DNA of 64,000 nt, from assembly GCA_965202985.1 (NCBI GenBank), contig CBDBCF010000002.1:256001-320000 (forward strand). The letters are read 5' to 3'. This document shows positions 60,566 to 64,000 of this stretch, piece by piece (the stretch's first letter is position 1; every line of letters starts with the position of its first letter). The notes under the pieces were generated by a model that was not told where the DNA came from, ran no database searches, and saw only the letters and a list, made by a program, of their open reading frames with translations. This DNA is from Longimicrobiales bacterium (GTDB taxonomy: Bacteria; Gemmatimonadota; Gemmatimonadetes; Longimicrobiales; Gaopeijiaceae). A program made the translations under genes and the position numbers.

Positions 60566-61727
60566 CTGCCAACGGTGCCCAGCCTACCTCGTCGATACCC
60601 AGCCGGCGAGCGAACTTCTCAAAAGTCCTTCCGTGCAGACCGGTAAGTTCGTATGCCTCCAAGTACGGCAACTTGCCGCTCTTGGCGGCAGCGATGACCG
60701 CACCGGCAAAGGTGACGCCAACACGCATGTTCTGCGTGTTGTAAAAGTTGCCGCCGCCGCCCGAAGTCGTCTTGTGCTCTCTATTCTGCCAATCCGCATA
60801 GAACGCGCGAAAGGTCGGTCCGTCGATGAGGTCGGCGTCCAGCGCGCGACGGGCGGCGACGACCACGCTGACCTTGAAGCGGCCTCCCAGGAACTTGAAC
60901 GGATCGTCCGTGCGCTTCGCCCGCTCCCACTGCTGCCGCAAGGCGCGGGACGGCACAAGGAACTCCGCGGCCACGCGATTGCAGGCCCTCTCGGTGGCGT
61001 TCGCGGCCGGCTGGAGCTGGCGCAGGTCAAAGGCTGCGCTGCTCCCGAAGAAGACGTGCGCCAGCTCGTGAGCGAGCGTGAACATCTGGGCTGCCTGGGC
61101 GTCTGCGCCGTTTACGAATACGAACGGCGCATACTCGTCGGCGAGCACGAACCCGCGAAACTCCGATACGTCGAGCCTGCGATGGGTATTGTTCCCCACG
61201 ACGCCGTTGGAAACGACGAAGACGCCCGCGCGCTCCATGCGGTCTCGCAAGCAAGCCAACGCTTCTTGCCAGGTATGCCGGCCTTCGGCCCAGTTCGGGT
61301 CGAGGCCGAGGACGTCGCGCATGTTGTCGACCACCGCCTCGACAGAGTCGTGAACCGTGGCCGACCCGACGTACGGCAACCGAGCGCAGCCCTGCTCGAT
61401 CAAGTGGCGTCGCATCCACACCTGGCGTCTCTCCAGCGTGTAGATCGTGTCCAGCAGGTCGGGACTGGGGTTGCGAGGCGGGGCGTCGCGTTCGCTGCGG
61501 TAGTGCGGGATCGGGATCTTCTTCTCGGGCGGATCGGCCAGAAAGAGATATCCGAAGGGTACGAACACGGCTTTGGCGAAGTTCTCCAGCTGCTTGAAGG
61601 TGGGGCGCAGCTCGCCGCGCTCCCATTCGACGAGCTTCGGGAACCTGCGGAGCAGGTCGGTCTGGCCGATCCCGGCCCGTTCGCGCGCCCACGTCAACAG
61701 CTTCGGATTGACGTCGGCGCGGGTCAT
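60558..61727 (-). CDS. XRE-HTH + ImmA/IrrE metallopeptidase
   Basis: NPKLLTWARERAG, PTFKQLE, EFRGF, FTLAHELAH, ERACNRVAAEFLVP. Confidence 0.92.
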   Translation of the reverse strand: MTRADVNPKLLTWARERAGIGQTDLLRRFPKLVEWERGELRPTFKQLENFAKAVFVPFGYLFLADPPEKKIPIPHYRSERDAPPRNPSPDLLDTIYTLERRQVWMRRHLIEQGCARLPYVGSATVHDSVEAVVDNMRDVLGLDPNWAEGRHTWQEALACLRDRMERAGVFVVSNGVVGNNTHRRLDVSEFRGFVLADEYAPFVFVNGADAQAAQMFTLAHELAHVFFGSSAAFDLRQLQPAANATERACNRVAAEFLVPSRALRQQWERAKRTDDPFKFLGGRFKVSVVVAARRALDADLIDGPTFRAFYADWQNREHKTTSGGGGNFYNTQNMRVGVTFAGAVIAAAKSGKLPYLEAYELTGLHGRTFEKFARRLGIDEVGWAPLAAT

Positions 61728-62776
61728 GGAGGGCAACCGCCCGTCGCCCAACTCAGCTCCCGAGGCGCTGCTTCGGCGTAGATCGGGTTGGCGATGCGAA
61801 GCGGTGTGTCGAGGGCGACCAGCCCCAATTCCCGTACGTACTTCAAGTCGCGCTCCGACAGTCCCAGCGGATCGGCGCCCGCCAGCAACGGCTCGACCAC
61901 CCGCCGCACCCGCTCTTCCCGGAGATTGTCCGCCAGCTGGTCCAGATGGGGGTCGCGGCGCAGGAACAGCGCTTCCTTGGCGTTCATCACGTCGGCCTCT
62001 TCGATCCGTCGCCCGTGGTCCGGCGCGTCGTCCCCTCTGAAGCAAGCCTCGTAGGCCAGCGCGTTGACCAGCCACGGCTGGCCGAGCGTCTGGGCCCACA
62101 CCGCCTCCAGCGCTTCGTCGGCGAACGCCTGGCCGGTCTCCGCCGTATGCTGGCCCAGCAAGGCGGCCACGTCCGCTCGCGAGAAGTCTCCCAGGCGCAA
62201 CGACTCCGCCTTGCTGAAGGCGCTTCCGCGCACGTCCCGCACCCCGCACAGCACTATGCTCTGGGGGAAGCTCTTCGGCCGACCGGGATAGTCCGCCCGA
62301 AGCTGGCGCAAGACGGACAAGAGCGTGTCGCCCACCAGCGCGTCGATCTCGTCGATCAGCAGCACGACCGGCCTTTCGTCCGCCTCGGACCAGAGCGCCA
62401 GCGCCTCCCCCAGCGCGCTGGAACCATACTCGGCGAACACACCCGACCACGTTTCGGTCAAGAAGCGATCGCCAACCTGTCGCGCTTGGCGAGCCATCTG
62501 GGTCAGGATCGCTTGGGTCGCCCCCCGCACGTCTTCCCGCATCGCCTGGGCGGCCTCGACGTTCGCGTAGACGCAGCGGTAGCGGCCCTCGCCGTGCAGC
62601 AGCTCCTGGAGCGCCAGCAGCACCGACGTCTTGCCCGTCTGACGGGGCGCGTGGAGCACGAAGTACCGCTCCTCGTCCACTAGCCGCCGCAGTTCGGCAA
62701 GGTTCACGCGGTCCAGCGGCGGTATGTGGTAGTGGCGCGCCGGCTTCACCGGTCCCGTCGTGTTGAAGAAGCGCAT
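61724..62776 (-). CDS. AAA-like ATPase, apparently C-terminally truncated
   Basis: MRFFNTTGP, HAPRQTGKT, LLIDEID, GQPWLVNAL, RIANPIY, then early stop. Confidence 0.8.
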   Translation of the reverse strand: MRFFNTTGPVKPARHYHIPPLDRVNLAELRRLVDEERYFVLHAPRQTGKTSVLLALQELLHGEGRYRCVYANVEAAQAMREDVRGATQAILTQMARQARQVGDRFLTETWSGVFAEYGSSALGEALALWSEADERPVVLLIDEIDALVGDTLLSVLRQLRADYPGRPKSFPQSIVLCGVRDVRGSAFSKAESLRLGDFSRADVAALLGQHTAETGQAFADEALEAVWAQTLGQPWLVNALAYEACFRGDDAPDHGRRIEEADVMNAKEALFLRRDPHLDQLADNLREERVRRVVEPLLAGADPLGLSERDLKYVRELGLVALDTPLRIANPIYAEAAPRELSWATGGCPP

Positions 62777-62832
62777 GGCGTCAATTTCGCCCACGGGACA
62801 GGGCGGCGCAAAGGAAAACGCGCAGCACGCCC

Positions 62833-64000
62833 CTACGCCTCCGCGACCGTCCGCCCCGCGCGCACGCTCGGCTCCGCGCACCACTTCCGGCGCAGCACGT
62901 CCAGCGGCCTCTCCACGACCTCCCAGTCCAGTCCCAGCACGTCGCGAAGCACGCGTGCGTCCAGTTCCTTCCGGGCCGCGTCCCGGTCCGCCAGATAGGC
63001 CGGCTTCAGATCGCGGTGCTTCATCTCCGCGAACACGGCTTCGGCGTCGTCGAGCTGCTTCCGCGCCAGAGAGGTCACGTCCAGAAACGGCATCCGCCCG
63101 ATCGCGGTCACCGGCATCAGTCCCCGCCCGATCTGCTGCTTGCTCGCGTGTTGCCAGTACAGGAGCAGCCCCATCGTGGTGTTGCCCCACAGGCAGTACG
63201 CCTTCTCGTGGGCCTGGGTCGGCAGCTGCACGTTCGGCCAACCCCGTCCGCCGATCGTGCGCCCCTCGGTGTACGCGGCCCCCAGCGACTGGGAAGTGAA
63301 GCTGAGGTCGCGGTTGTGATGAGCCCAGCTTCGCGTCGCCCAGACCTTGCCCGCCTTGGCTTCGCGGCCCTCCCGCACCAGCCCGTGCATGTCCGGGGCG
63401 ACCACCATCTTCCGCTGAACGGCAGCCCGACTGCGCCAGAGCATCGGGTACGCCGGCTCGCCAGAGATCGGATGGCGGTCGAAGGGGGCGGCCTGGTTGT
63501 TGGCGATGTTGTTGTCGGCCCAGCCCACCGCCGCGAACTCGCCGACCGGACGCACCGGAACCGACGGCGCATCCTCCCGGAGCGTCGTGGGCAGCCACAG
63601 AGCGCCCCGGGCTAGCTGGTGTCCGGCTTGAACCACCATGGCGTCCAGCACCGGGCAGCAACCCCACGGCGCGGCGCTCAACGGCGCATCGACGGCCTCG
63701 CCGACCGGCTCCCCTCCAATCGCCAGCACGGTGCCCCCGACAGGTCCGTCCTCGATCCTGCGCAGCCGCTCCGGCCCGGACACGACCCGCCGAATCGCCC
63801 TCGCCACCTCCGTCGCCTCCATGGCGCTGGACGGCCGTCGGCGCAAGGTGACGAAGGCGCCCCGGCCGCTCCCGCGCCCCGTACCCGCCTGCCGCCCGAC
63901 GATCAGCGCTTCGGCCATCTTGGTGTCCGCCGACCAGGACTGGTCGATCGGCTTCGGTCCCGCCAAGCCCACGACCGTCACGTCGTCGTAGTCGGAGGCC
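62833..64000 (-). CDS. C-terminal part of a large probable type IIG R-M / DNA methyltransferase protein (5' end outside window)
   Basis: WSADTKMAEALIV and WGNTTMGLLLYW...PFLDV...RKELD resemble IIG target-recognition tails; no catalytic motif is in view. Confidence 0.5.
   Translation of the reverse strand, partial: ASDYDDVTVVGLAGPKPIDQSWSADTKMAEALIVGRQAGTGRGSGRGAFVTLRRRPSSAMEATEVARAIRRVVSGPERLRRIEDGPVGGTVLAIGGEPVGEAVDAPLSAAPWGCCPVLDAMVVQAGHQLARGALWLPTTLREDAPSVPVRPVGEFAAVGWADNNIANNQAAPFDRHPISGEPAYPMLWRSRAAVQRKMVVAPDMHGLVREGREAKAGKVWATRSWAHHNRDLSFTSQSLGAAYTEGRTIGGRGWPNVQLPTQAHEKAYCLWGNTTMGLLLYWQHASKQQIGRGLMPVTAIGRMPFLDVTSLARKQLDDAEAVFAEMKHRDLKPAYLADRDAARKELDARVLRDVLGLDWEVVERPLDVLRRKWCAEPSVRAGRTVAEA

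Overview
High-GC bacterial chromosome segment. The gene repertoire (carboxypeptidase-domain TonB receptors, 6-bladed beta-propeller, PorV/PorQ-like, VPS10/BNR protein, Rpn nuclease) suggests Gemmatimonadota; this is inference only. Left half: envelope genes, a Schlafen/AlbA_2-HATPase gene, an AbiE type IV toxin-antitoxin pair bracketed by a 78-bp inverted repeat, and housekeeping genes (rpsT, scpA, scpB, rluB-like, upp, tRNA-CAT). It also has an RGPP-ending DUF2946-like leader upstream of a ZnuD-like receptor, an acyl-CoA operon, and a Fur-box-controlled CbiX-lipoprotein/HmuY/TonB haem-uptake operon. Right half: a complete type I-G (I-U) CRISPR-Cas locus (csb1, csb2, cas3, csb3, cas4, cas1, cas2, all minus strand) with about 135 repeats counted by eye, then a phd/vapC pair, a serine hydrolase with a decayed duplicate, and the end of a defence/R-M cluster. 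The least explained parts are the CRISPR flanks. At the trailer, a small winged-helix-like gene with its own promoter is duplicated and interleaved with a solo I-G repeat and a solo type I-E repeat. Upstream of cas7 lie a RecA-NDp/PafBC-type promoter motif and a divergent promoter driving an apparently non-coding transcript that starts with a repeat-like sequence. Family assignments come from motif recognition by eye; no searches were run.
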